From an uncultured Gammaproteobacteria bacterium (lineage in GTDB: Bacteria > Pseudomonadota > Gammaproteobacteria > Pseudomonadales > JAHEGP01), in the NCBI GenBank assembly GCA_963722805.1, contig CAVROQ010000023.1:8512-72511 (forward strand): DNA of 64,000 nt, in the 5' to 3' direction. The translations under genes were made by a program, and so were the position numbers. Numbering within the stretch: the stretch's first letter is position 1; each line of letters begins with the position of its first letter. Shown here one piece after another: positions 53,993-63,083 of this stretch. The notes under the pieces were generated by a model that had not been told where the DNA came from, did no database searches, and saw only the letters and a program-made list of their open reading frames with translations.

Positions 53993-55684
53993 TTATAATC
54001 TCCCCATCCATGCAAGCAACAAGCCCAGCAACAGCAACAGTACCAGAGCGCCTGGCCAACGATTGAGTGCCGACTCCCATTGCCCGAGTGGTACGCGTGA
54101 TGCGCCCATCCACAGGCGTCTCGCCAGTGCCCGGGCATTGTCAGGCCATTGCGCCAGGGACCCACCGAGCAGGGTTTGACCACTACGACGAGCCCATGCT
54201 AGACCGGGCCGGATACAAACCAGCACATCACCCGGCGGTAGTGACGGCAAACGGCTAATACCTGACTTTACGCTCGCTATCGCCAGCAGCATGGGCAGCA
54301 GCACCATCAAGCCAGCGAATGCGGTTGGGGCCAATAACCAGCCCGGGAGCTGGTACCCCAGCGCCAGCCCCGCCGCAAGGGTCAGACCCATAGCCATCGC
54401 CATGCTCGTCGGCGACTGTAAATCCCGCTGCGCGAGTTCCGCAGAAGATAGCGTATTCACGCTCCCTGGCACCTTCACTGCAGTGGTGTTGCGCAACACA
54501 CTGCTGGCGGCGAGAAAGGCGATGACCGCCATGGCAGCATAGATCGGTGCCGCCGCCACCGGGTCAGGGATCAACGCGACGATACCCGCTGGCGCCGCCG
54601 CTAATAACAATACCGCCAGCCAGCGCAAAGCAGCAGGCCGCAACGCATCGGTAGCAGCGCCGGCGCTTGCCAGCAGCAGTAACGCAGCCAGTGCAAACCC
54701 GGACTGCAGAACCACGGCAGCCAGAGGGTTTGCCGCCTCTAGCCACAGCTGCGGCTGATCCAGCAAGGCGCTCAATAGCCCCAGCCATAAACCGCCAAGG
54801 GCCAGGGCGGCATAAGCAAGGGTCGAGCGGCAATGAGCCTGCAGTGCTCCAACCAGGCAGGCATAAGCCAGGGTAAGCCAGGTCAACCACCACAAGCTTG
54901 CCGCAGCCCCCGGGGCAGTCCAGTCGCCGAGGGGCAGTAAGCGCAGGCCACCCAGCAACCCGGCGCCAAACATGTACGCGATCAGCGCGGCACGGAACGC
55001 CACCCCGGTGCTGACAAAAATCGGAGCCAGCCAAAAATGCAAACCCACCAGACCCACCTTGATACCGAAACCGGCGACCAGCAGACCCAGCAACAGACCG
55101 CGATTCCCGGCGCCCAGGAAGGCCTCGCGCATGGCGCCAAAATCGAACCCCCCTGCAACATGCCCCAGCAGCAGCAACACTTCAAAAACCAACAGATCAC
55201 TTATCACCAGCAACACCACCAGCACCGTTCCAGCCTGGCGCGTCGGCGCATCCGCACCCTGCATCAGCACACCATACAAAGCGTAACCGGCAACGGTAGC
55301 GGCAGCGAAGAACAACAGCGCGTCACCCGCGAGTGCCATGCCGAGGCAGCCGGCCATGGCGAGCAGTAGAAATATCGGCAGGGAACCGCTGTCAGCGGAC
55401 TGCAGCCGGGGCCTGGCAATTAAGCCCGTCACCAGCCAGAGCACAGAAATCAGCAGCAGAAACACCCGGCCAGTGGCATCCAGCACCAGAGCAGACCCCA
55501 GCATCACCCCGTCAAGTTGCAGCTCGGTGCCCGGCATCAGCGCTGTTATCAATCCTGGCAATGCGGCCCAGGGCAACAAACCCAAAGCCAGCGGCCGGGT
55601 AACGGCAAAGGCCGCTGCAAGGGCCAGCAGCAGGGGCCAAACCGGGGCTATCAAGAGTAGCTGCCCTAATGCGGTTTCGATCAT
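53993..55684 (-). CDS. Divergent MrpD/NuoN-like membrane subunit with a long C-terminal extension (third paralog)
   Basis: Start ATG at 55684 (MIETALGQLLL) overlaps the upstream stop (ATGA). 563 aa, polytopic. The N-terminal ~330 aa resemble Proton_antipo_M, but the motif region reads LHFWLAPIFVSTGVAFRAALIAYMFG instead of WLP.A...P.PVSALLH..K. Confidence 0.55.
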   Translation of the reverse strand: MIETALGQLLLIAPVWPLLLALAAAFAVTRPLALGLLPWAALPGLITALMPGTELQLDGVMLGSALVLDATGRVFLLLISVLWLVTGLIARPRLQSADSGSLPIFLLLAMAGCLGMALAGDALLFFAAATVAGYALYGVLMQGADAPTRQAGTVLVVLLVISDLLVFEVLLLLGHVAGGFDFGAMREAFLGAGNRGLLLGLLVAGFGIKVGLVGLHFWLAPIFVSTGVAFRAALIAYMFGAGLLGGLRLLPLGDWTAPGAAASLWWLTWLTLAYACLVGALQAHCRSTLAYAALALGGLWLGLLSALLDQPQLWLEAANPLAAVVLQSGFALAALLLLASAGAATDALRPAALRWLAVLLLAAAPAGIVALIPDPVAAAPIYAAMAVIAFLAASSVLRNTTAVKVPGSVNTLSSAELAQRDLQSPTSMAMAMGLTLAAGLALGYQLPGWLLAPTAFAGLMVLLPMLLAIASVKSGISRLPSLPPGDVLVCIRPGLAWARRSGQTLLGGSLAQWPDNARALARRLWMGASRVPLGQWESALNRWPGALVLLLLLGLLLAWMGRL

Positions 55685-57182
55685 GGTCCGTAAAACTCCC
55701 GTTGCGCCACCAGTCGCGCCCACTCCAGAGCACTGAAGGGGAGCGACGCCATCAGACCAGCGCCCAGAGCCAGCAGCGCCGTCACTACCGGCGGCACCAA
55801 CAAGGCCAGGGCTGTCTCCTTGCGCCCGAAGTCATGTTCATGGGGCCATCTGTCGGGCGGCGCCATAAACCACGCGCGATACAATATGGGCAGAAAATAG
55901 GCAGCATTCAGCAGACTGCTGCCGGCAAGCACCAGTATCACCCAGCCCTGCCCTGCTTCCAGCGCTCCCTGGCCGAGATACCACTTGCTGATAAATCCCG
56001 CTGTCGGCGGTGCCCCGATCATACCGAAGGCACCGACAGTGAACGCGGCCATGGTCCAGGGCATGCGCCTGCCCGCGCCATTCATTTCACTGATCTTGTG
56101 CACGCCCAGGGTTTCCGCCAGGTTGCCGGCACAGAAAAACAGGGTGATCTTCATCAGCCCCTGGTGTACCAGGTGAACAATACCGCCGATACTGGCGATG
56201 GGACCGACAATCGCGACCCCCAGTGCGATATAGGACACCTGGCTGACGGTCGAAAACGCCAACCTTCGCTTCAGGTCGTTCTGAAACAGCGCCCGCACAG
56301 ACCCGTAGATAATGGTAAACGCCGCCAGCCAGGCCAATGGCTGCATCACCCCCAGCCCGGCCGCAAACTCCACCCCAAAAACCTCGTACACCACCCGCAC
56401 GATACCGAAGGCACCGGCTTTAACCACGGCTACCGCGTGCAACAAGGCACTCACCGGAGCCGGCGCTACCATGGCCTGGGGCAACCAGCCGTGCAAGGGC
56501 ACCAGCGCCGCTTTTACCCCCAGTCCAGCGATCAACAGGACGAAGATGATAATCAGCGAAGACCTGTGCTCCGGCCCCAACTGATCGACAAAGCCCCTGT
56601 GGAGTGAACTCCAGGCTACCCGTCAGGGTGTACAGCCAGACCGTACCCAACAGCAACAGGGCACCGCCAAATACCGTATAAGCCAGGTAGGTTTGCCCGG
56701 CCCGTCGCGCCACTTCGGTGCCACGATGCACCACCAGCGGGATAGGTCGAGAGGGTCAGTATTTCGTAAAAGATCAGGAACGTGAACAAGTTACCGGCCA
56801 GTGCAACTCCAACAGTGGCGGTCACACAGAGGCTGAAAAAGCCGAAGAAGCGGCTCCGCTGCGGCGCCCCTTCCAGGTAGCCGATGGCGTAGATAGTGGT
56901 CAGTAACCACAATATGCTGGAGAGTGCGACAAATAACAGCGCCAGTGGCCCCGCTCGCAAAACCAGCTCCAGGCCTGGCAGCAAGGCCACCCGGGTTTCG
57001 TAATGATGCTCGTGGAAAACGCCCCACAGCATCACCCCGACCAGCCCCAGTTTGGTCACCGCACCAAACAAATTGAGCGCGGTACGCAGGCGCACTCGCT
57101 CCTCCGCCAGACCGAAGATAATCAAGCCGGGCAGCAACGAACTCGCCACCACCAGCAGAGGTATCCAGGCATCCCAATTCAT
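55681..57182 (-). pseudogene. mrpD: MrpD/NuoM-like antiporter subunit (second paralog), two frame breaks
   Basis: Three fragments in three frames: 57182-56735 (..FLIFYEILTLSTYP), 56734-56600 (LVVHRGTEVARRAGQTYLAYTVFGG..SLEFT) and 56593-55681 (..FVDQLGPEHRS..LHGWLPQAMVAPAPVSALLHAVAVVKAG). The breaks fall at the GGG run 56739-56741 and the CCCC run 56594-56597 (+ strand). Confidence 0.75.
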
Positions 57183-58639
57183 GGGCCTGCCCCGCTGCCA
57201 GCAAAGGGATCACCGACGGCCAGCAGCGCCAGAAAGGGCGCCGCCAAAAATCCGGCCACAATGGCACCGCTCGCTAACAACATCGCCGCCCACTCCATCC
57301 GCGCCGGGACGGCTTTGGCCTCGTGCGGCACTTCAGCCTGGGTAAAGGTATGGCCCAACACCTTGAAAACATAGGCCGCAGCCATCACCCCGCCGGCCAG
57401 CATAATGACCACCAGGTCCCAGCGACCCTGGAGGATGGCGGCCTCCAGCAACAGCCATTTACCGTTGAATCCGCCACTCGGTGGCAAACCCATAATACTG
57501 ACACCCGCCAGGCCGAAGGCACCGGCACTGAGCGGCAGGCGTTGCACCACGCGATCGAGACCGGCGATGCGATCATGGCCGCCAAACTGCATAAAGTTGC
57601 CCGCCGCCAGGAACATGGCTGCCTTTGCCAGGGCATGACTGAACGCCAGGTAAGCTGCTGCGACCCAGGCGGTGCCTCCCATACCTGCGGCGAGTGGAAA
57701 CGCCAGGAACAGATAGCCGATTTGTGCCACGGTTGAGTAGGCAACCACCAGTTTCACCCGCGTCTGTTGCAGAGCCTGTAACGAACCCCAGACAATCGCC
57801 CCGACACCGAGCATACCAAGCACCTGCGCAACAGCGCCCGACAGTGTGGAAAAAATCTCCAGCCACAGGCGCAGAAGTATGTAAAACGAGGCCTTCACCA
57901 CCAGTGCCGACAACACGGCGCTGACCGGAGCCGGCGCGCTGGCGTGTGCCGGTGGCAGCCAGAAATGGAGTGGAAACAGCGCGGTCTTAAGAGCCAGTCC
58001 AGCGCTCATCAGGCCCAGCGCCGCCCAGGTCACAGGTGACGGTGCCACACGCTCGGCCAGCAACGCAAGATCTACCGTGCCATAGCCGTGATAGAGCAAC
58101 ACCACGCCCATCAGGTAAGCCAGCGACCCCAACAGGGTTGCCAACAGGTAGCGCATCGCCCCCACCAGGGCACTGCGGCCGCCCTGCAAGGCCGTCAAGG
58201 CAACGGCGGCCAGCCCGATCATCTCCAGGGTGACGTAAAGATTGAACAAATCCCCCGACAGGAACAGGGCGTTGAGCGCCCCGAGCAGAAACAGCCACAG
58301 TGGCCAGAAACGCTCCGCCTGCTGCAACGTAAAATAGGCGCTGCCGTAAAGGCTGACGCCGCATCCCACCAGCGCCGTCATAGCCAACATCACCACGCTC
58401 AGGCCATCGGCACGCAGATCGATACCCAGCGGTGCCCCCCAGCCACCCACTGCCTGGTAATAAACACCGTGCTGCATCAGCTCGGCACCCAGGGCCGCCA
58501 CTGCCAACAGCACCAGTGACACCGTCAACAAGCCAAGCAGCTTCGCCGTGCGCGGCAGCAGGAAACAAAAAATCCCGCCCAGCAGGGGCAACAGGATCAA
58601 CAGGGGTCCCCAGGGGATCGCCGCCAACACCGCCTCCAT
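57179..58639 (-). CDS. mrpD: MrpD/NuoM-like monovalent cation/H+ antiporter subunit D (first paralog)
   Basis: 486 aa. LHFWLPPAHASAPAPVSAVLSALVVKASFY motif, about 14 TM segments. Confidence 0.85.
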   Translation of the reverse strand: MEAVLAAIPWGPLLILLPLLGGIFCFLLPRTAKLLGLLTVSLVLLAVAALGAELMQHGVYYQAVGGWGAPLGIDLRADGLSVVMLAMTALVGCGVSLYGSAYFTLQQAERFWPLWLFLLGALNALFLSGDLFNLYVTLEMIGLAAVALTALQGGRSALVGAMRYLLATLLGSLAYLMGVVLLYHGYGTVDLALLAERVAPSPVTWAALGLMSAGLALKTALFPLHFWLPPAHASAPAPVSAVLSALVVKASFYILLRLWLEIFSTLSGAVAQVLGMLGVGAIVWGSLQALQQTRVKLVVAYSTVAQIGYLFLAFPLAAGMGGTAWVAAAYLAFSHALAKAAMFLAAGNFMQFGGHDRIAGLDRVVQRLPLSAGAFGLAGVSIMGLPPSGGFNGKWLLLEAAILQGRWDLVVIMLAGGVMAAAYVFKVLGHTFTQAEVPHEAKAVPARMEWAAMLLASGAIVAGFLAAPFLALLAVGDPFAGSGAGP

Positions 58640-58644
58640 CCGCG

Positions 58645-58953
58645 CTATTCCCCGTCCTGGCCGGGAAGCTCGGCCCGACCGGTGGCAGCTTCAACTTTCA
58701 GCATTAAACTGAGCCCCAGGGCTGTGGCCGAGACCGCCACCACGATGCCGGTAATGACCATCGCATGGGGCACTGGATCGGGCGGCAGGTCCCCGCCCCG
58801 TCGTGCCAACGCGACCAAGACCAGGAACACACCGCTGCCCATCACATTGAGTGCCAGGATCTTGCGCAACAGATGTGCCTGCACAACCAGGGCATGGAAG
58901 CCGAGACTGAACAAGCCGACGCCGACCAGTGCAAAGATAAACGCCACGCTCAT
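58645..58953 (-). CDS. mrpC: MrpC/NuoK-like antiporter subunit C
   Basis: 102 aa, three TM segments. LRKILALNVMGSGVFLVLVA..DPVPHAMVITGIVVAVS is typical of MnhC. Confidence 0.85.
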   Translation of the reverse strand: MSVAFIFALVGVGLFSLGFHALVVQAHLLRKILALNVMGSGVFLVLVALARRGGDLPPDPVPHAMVITGIVVAVSATALGLSLMLKVEAATGRAELPGQDGE

Positions 58954-59615
58954 TGCTCACCCTCAGCTGCGTTGGTGGCAGCCAGGAACAATGCCGCAAG
59001 TGCAACCGCAATAGAGACAGTCGCCGCGGCCTCAATGATGAAAATCAGCGCTCCGGCCTGCGCCAGCGGATATTCCAGCAGTTGACCCGTACTTTGCAGC
59101 GTGAGCACCGCAACTGCGAGAAAAGTCAGCACACCCGCCACCAGTGCAACTCGCAGCGGCCATTGCATCATCCTGGCCGGCGGTCGCCAAGCTGACAGAA
59201 GCAACAGTACGCCCGCCGCTCCCAGCACTGCCCCAGCCTGAAACGCACCACCGGGCGCATGGGCACCAGCCCAAAGCAGGTAAGCCGCTACCAAAATCAT
59301 CAGTGGCACCAACAGGCGAGTGAGAGCATCGAGGATCAGGTCGGGTTTTACAGTCGGACGAGCTGCTGATTGGGGCCCGAGTGACCAGACACCCAGCAAC
59401 GCCAGCAGCAACACCACCATCTCCAGCAGGGTGTCGTAGCCGCGAAAGTTGAGTAGTACTGCGGTTACCGGGTTAACAACACCGCTTTTGTCCAGATGCT
59501 CGGCCACCGCAAGTTGCAGGCCCGGGGCCTGCTCCGGTAACGACAGCACGGCATAACCGAGGCCGGCTGCCAGCGCCAGCATCGGAGGCATTATCAGCCA
59601 GCGACTCCAGTTCAT
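58950..59615 (-). CDS. mrpB: MrpB (MnhB-domain) subunit
   Basis: 221 aa. NPVTAVLLNFRGYDTLLEMVVLLLA is the hallmark of the MnhB domain. Confidence 0.8.
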   Translation of the reverse strand: MNWSRWLIMPPMLALAAGLGYAVLSLPEQAPGLQLAVAEHLDKSGVVNPVTAVLLNFRGYDTLLEMVVLLLALLGVWSLGPQSAARPTVKPDLILDALTRLLVPLMILVAAYLLWAGAHAPGGAFQAGAVLGAAGVLLLLSAWRPPARMMQWPLRVALVAGVLTFLAVAVLTLQSTGQLLEYPLAQAGALIFIIEAAATVSIAVALAALFLAATNAAEGEQ

Positions 59616-59616
59616 G

Positions 59617-59871
59617 TCAATGTACTCTCAGCCGCGCCAGCGCCGCCATCAGCAATGCGCCGGTGAGCCCGGCACCGATCGCGGCTTCTGCCAACGCTAC
59701 ATCCGGCGCGGCCAGGCGCACCCAGGCCAGCGCCATCAATAGACCGAAAGAGACAAACAGCACCACCGCCTTGAACAGATCCGGACAGGCGAGAGCACGC
59801 CACGCCAGCCATAACAAACCCAGGCCCAGCAGCAGGTCGAAGCCAGTTTGCAGCAGGCTCAGCGCCGCCAT
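59617..59871 (-). CDS. MbhD/DUF4040-like small membrane subunit (corresponds to the MrpA C-terminal segment)
   Basis: 84 aa, three TM segments. FKAVVLFVSFGLLMALAWVRLAAPDVALAEAAIGAGLTG resembles DUF4040. Confidence 0.65.
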   Translation of the reverse strand: MAALSLLQTGFDLLLGLGLLWLAWRALACPDLFKAVVLFVSFGLLMALAWVRLAAPDVALAEAAIGAGLTGALLMAALARLRVH

Positions 59872-60158
59872 ACAGGTATCCCCTTGCGCACGGCACTGCT
59901 GGCGACCAGGTGCGCCACACTGGCCCCGGCAACTAACACCAACAGCCAGATTAGCACCAGCTTAAGGGCAACCGACCAGGACGCCGATTGCAGCGAAAGA
60001 GCCGTAACGATAAGGCCCAGGCCCACATTGTCGGCTTTGGTCAGGGCGTGGAGCCGGGTATAGACATCGGGAAAGCGCAGCAAGCCGAGGGTGCCTGCAA
60101 GAAAGAACAGACCTCCCGCGAGCAACAGTGTGGCAACAAAATATTCACTCAATGCCAT
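59859..60158 (-). CDS. mrpG: MrpG (MnhG) subunit
   Basis: Start ATG at 60158 (MALSEYF) or 60164. LGLLRFPDVYTRLHALTKADNVGLG is the MnhG hallmark. Confidence 0.85.
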   Translation of the reverse strand: MALSEYFVATLLLAGGLFFLAGTLGLLRFPDVYTRLHALTKADNVGLGLIVTALSLQSASWSVALKLVLIWLLVLVAGASVAHLVASSAVRKGIPVWRR

Positions 60159-60423
60159 TGTCATCCTCTTTACCGGTCCACGCCAGTCGCACAAAAGCCA
60201 CCGCTGTCACCGCCGCCAACAGGGCAAATACCAGCGCCACATCGCGTAGCGCCGCTACCCCCGAAGTCTCGGCAAGCAACAGCAACACCGCCACCGCAGT
60301 GGTGCCGAACAGCTGCGCCGCCAGCATGCGATCGGCGGCAGTGGGCCCACGCAACACCCGCCACATTCCGGCCCCGAGGTTCAACAGGAGAAAAATCGCC
60401 AGAGCAAGAGACAAGATCTGCAC
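60145..60423 (-). CDS. mrpF: MrpF (MnhF) subunit
   Basis: 92 aa, GTG start. WRVLRGPTAADRMLAAQLFGT is typical of MnhF. Confidence 0.8.
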   Translation of the reverse strand: MQILSLALAIFLLLNLGAGMWRVLRGPTAADRMLAAQLFGTTAVAVLLLLAETSGVAALRDVALVFALLAAVTAVAFVRLAWTGKEDDNGIE

Positions 60424-60593
60424 GTGGGTCAGTTTTCCAACGCGACCGGCTTAACCATGCCGAAGATCAGGCGTCGCATCACATCGACCATCGCCAGACT
60501 CACTTGCTTGTTCCTCGCCAGAGCCACAGCCCTTGCCAAAGCTGGCTGCCCTGCGGTTCCAGCACACACAGCATGTTTTTGAAGCCTTGCATC

Positions 60594-61103
60594 TCATTCA
60601 CCTCTCTGGTCAGGCGTTAATGTCACACCCGATATACGTGCGACGCGGCGCTCCAGCGCTTCCAGCTCTGGCAAAACATCCCCACGCCCATCCAACACGT
60701 GAATTTTCAATACCTGCCCCTCCAGTTCTGCGCTCAAGGTGCCGGGCAACAAGCTCATGATATTGATCAGCATCACTTGCGGCAGGCCCGATGGTAGCCG
60801 CAGCGGATATTCGATCATCTCGGGGGCTATGGGCATGCGCGGGTCCAATGCCCGCCAGGCCACATCCACCCCACCCTGCAACGAGCGCCACAGGAACACC
60901 GGGACGAATTTAAGCAGTTGCCACCAGACAAGGGGTACCGGCGCCAAAAGCGCGACACTGGCAATGACGGTAAGGACAACGGCAGGAGCACCCACCCACC
61001 AGGATTGAGCGCTTCCATCGCTGAGTGCCCACCACACCAACGCAAAAAGCAAAGCGCGCGCTACCACTACTCGTAAGACAGCGTTTTCAATAACAGGTTT
61101 CAT
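60594..61103 (-). CDS. mrpE: MrpE (MnhE) subunit
   Basis: Start ATG at 61103 after AAGGGG (MKPVIENAVLRVV). Two TM segments, then the MnhE-type region (AWRALDPRMPIAPEMIEYPLRL..MLINIMSLLPGTLS). Confidence 0.8.
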   Translation of the reverse strand: MKPVIENAVLRVVVARALLFALVWWALSDGSAQSWWVGAPAVVLTVIASVALLAPVPLVWWQLLKFVPVFLWRSLQGGVDVAWRALDPRMPIAPEMIEYPLRLPSGLPQVMLINIMSLLPGTLSAELEGQVLKIHVLDGRGDVLPELEALERRVARISGVTLTPDQRGE

Positions 61104-61529
61104 GCAACCCCTTGGCAGAATCGACGCGTGCCAGCGACCGCTCCGGTTAATCAGATCCTGCGACGCCAAAGCCCGCACGAAGGGTTCGGGAGACCCCGCG
61201 CGGATTACAACCCGAAGCCAAACGACGGGTTAACGCAGCGCTGGGACGCTAGTTTGGCTTTTCAAGCAGGACAAATACAAAAGAACTATTAAGGCATATA
61301 TGGACCCGCTATTGGAAGGGTACACCTGATAAATTCAATGTCACCTCAAGGCTTCACCTGGCGTGCCTACTGTTGGTGCGCCGTGATATCCTACCAGAGC
61401 CTGGTCATGCAGTAAGGCTGGTGGCTTAAAAGCGCCTGCTCCTCACCAAAGGCTCCGCGGAGGTAGTACCGCGTGATCAGAAATGCCCTGGCATAGATTG
61501 TTTATTTCAGCTGGAAACCAAGGAGAACC

Positions 61530-62066
61530 GTGGCGACATTGACGCAGCACGCACAGCGCGTAGCCAAGAATCTGGCTAACGATGCACTAAAACGCAGGCC
61601 GGTGGAATTGCGCCATGCTGAATTGCAGCGCGCAGTGGAAAACCAGTTTCCGCTGCGCCGGGAAAGCCTGGTACCGCTGGAGTTCAGTGATCCCTATATA
61701 CGACTGGATGTCGGTGAAGACCTGATGGGATTGGAGCTATCGATCAGTGCAAAAGTACTGGGGGCGATGACGCCCGCCACCCGCTGGCTGCTGGTCGGCA
61801 AGCTTAACTACGACCGCCATAGCGGATGGTTCATCCTGTGTCAGCCGAACCTGCAATACCTCAAAGCTCGTGCCTACGTCGAGAATATTCCCGCACCCAA
61901 TCTTATTCGAAAATTCCTGAACCCGGATATCATCAGCTCGGTGATATCGGACGTGCGTATCTACCAGCTCAATACCGCTGACATAAAACAGGCCCTGGTG
62001 CGAAAATACCTGCATTCCATCAGGGTAAACGACGGCAAAGTTTCTCTCTGCCTGCATCTTGAGTAG
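61530..62066 (+). CDS. Hypothetical protein (178 aa)
   Basis: GTG start 5 nt after AAGGAGAA. Soluble, with no recognised motif. Confidence 0.5.
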   Translation: MATLTQHAQRVAKNLANDALKRRPVELRHAELQRAVENQFPLRRESLVPLEFSDPYIRLDVGEDLMGLELSISAKVLGAMTPATRWLLVGKLNYDRHSGWFILCQPNLQYLKARAYVENIPAPNLIRKFLNPDIISSVISDVRIYQLNTADIKQALVRKYLHSIRVNDGKVSLCLHLE

Positions 62067-62116
62067 CCCGGAAACCGCTGCCACACCAAGCTCGAGTGAT
62101 TACACCCGACTCCCTC

Positions 62117-63016
62117 TCAAGTCGCAGGCCGAACGATTTCCTGCGATTGTTCCAGCAGCGCTTTCAGCGCTACCAGCTCAAAGTGCCGCTTTGCGGTAAT
62201 AGCAAAAAAACGCTCAACCACAGTGTCCAGCACACAGTAAATTTGCAAGCGCCCGCTTTGCAGTTCGTCCTGCACCACAACTTCCGGAAGCACAGCCAGG
62301 CCTCCTGCGTCCCGCGCCATCAAACGCAGCGTCGCCATATCCTCAACCTCCGCGTAGGGGTCCACTTCAACCCCCAGTTGCCCGCACAGCAAGTCAAATT
62401 GGCTGCGAATATCGCTACTTGGCCCTGGCAAAAGCAGCTTCATCTTGCCAAGATCCCGGGGAAAGCGAAACTGCGCGGCCTGTTTCCCGGGCGGACCGAC
62501 GATACTGACGCTTTGCTGCGCAATTTGCTGGCAGCGCCAGGGCGTCGATGAGTCAGATGCCACTGCCCGGTTAGACAGAATCAGGTCCAGCTTATGCACC
62601 TTCAACTGCTCCAATAACTCCTCGAGGCTGGCAGAGCGGATCAGCAGCCTGACCTCGGCCTCGCCCAGCACCGGGCGCAGGAAGTTTTCCAGAAAGTTAC
62701 GCGACAGGGTAGCAACCGAACCAATACGCAGGCGCTGCAGGGTTTGCAATTCGCCACTTTCGGTGAGTGCCAGCAATTCGCTGCCCAGATTGAAAATACT
62801 CTCGGCGTATTCCAGCACCACCTGACCGACTTCGGTCAATCGCAGCTTGCGCCCTTCGCGGCTGAACAACTCTTGCCCCAGTTGCTCCTGCAGCAGGCGG
62901 ATTTGTGAGGAAAGCGCCGACTGGGACACATGCAGCTGCGCGGCCGCACGGGTCAGGTGGCCTTCTTTGGCGACCACCCAGAAATAGTACAAATGATGAA
63001 AATTCAGGCCGCGCAT
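62117..63016 (-). CDS. LysR-family transcriptional regulator, NhaR-like
   Basis: 299 aa. The N-terminal [41 protein letters not shown] resembles the NhaR subgroup HTH. Confidence 0.85.
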   Translation of the reverse strand: [299 protein letters not shown]

Positions 63017-63083
63017 ATTTCGTTCTCTTTAACAGAACAATAATATCTAAAGTATATATTTTTAAAAGGTATTTGGATATTGC

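Noticed and set aside
55669-56607. 312-aa + strand ORF across the mrpD paralog
   Set aside because: It is antisense to a conserved antiporter-subunit sequence. The translation is Gln/His/Arg/Pro-rich.
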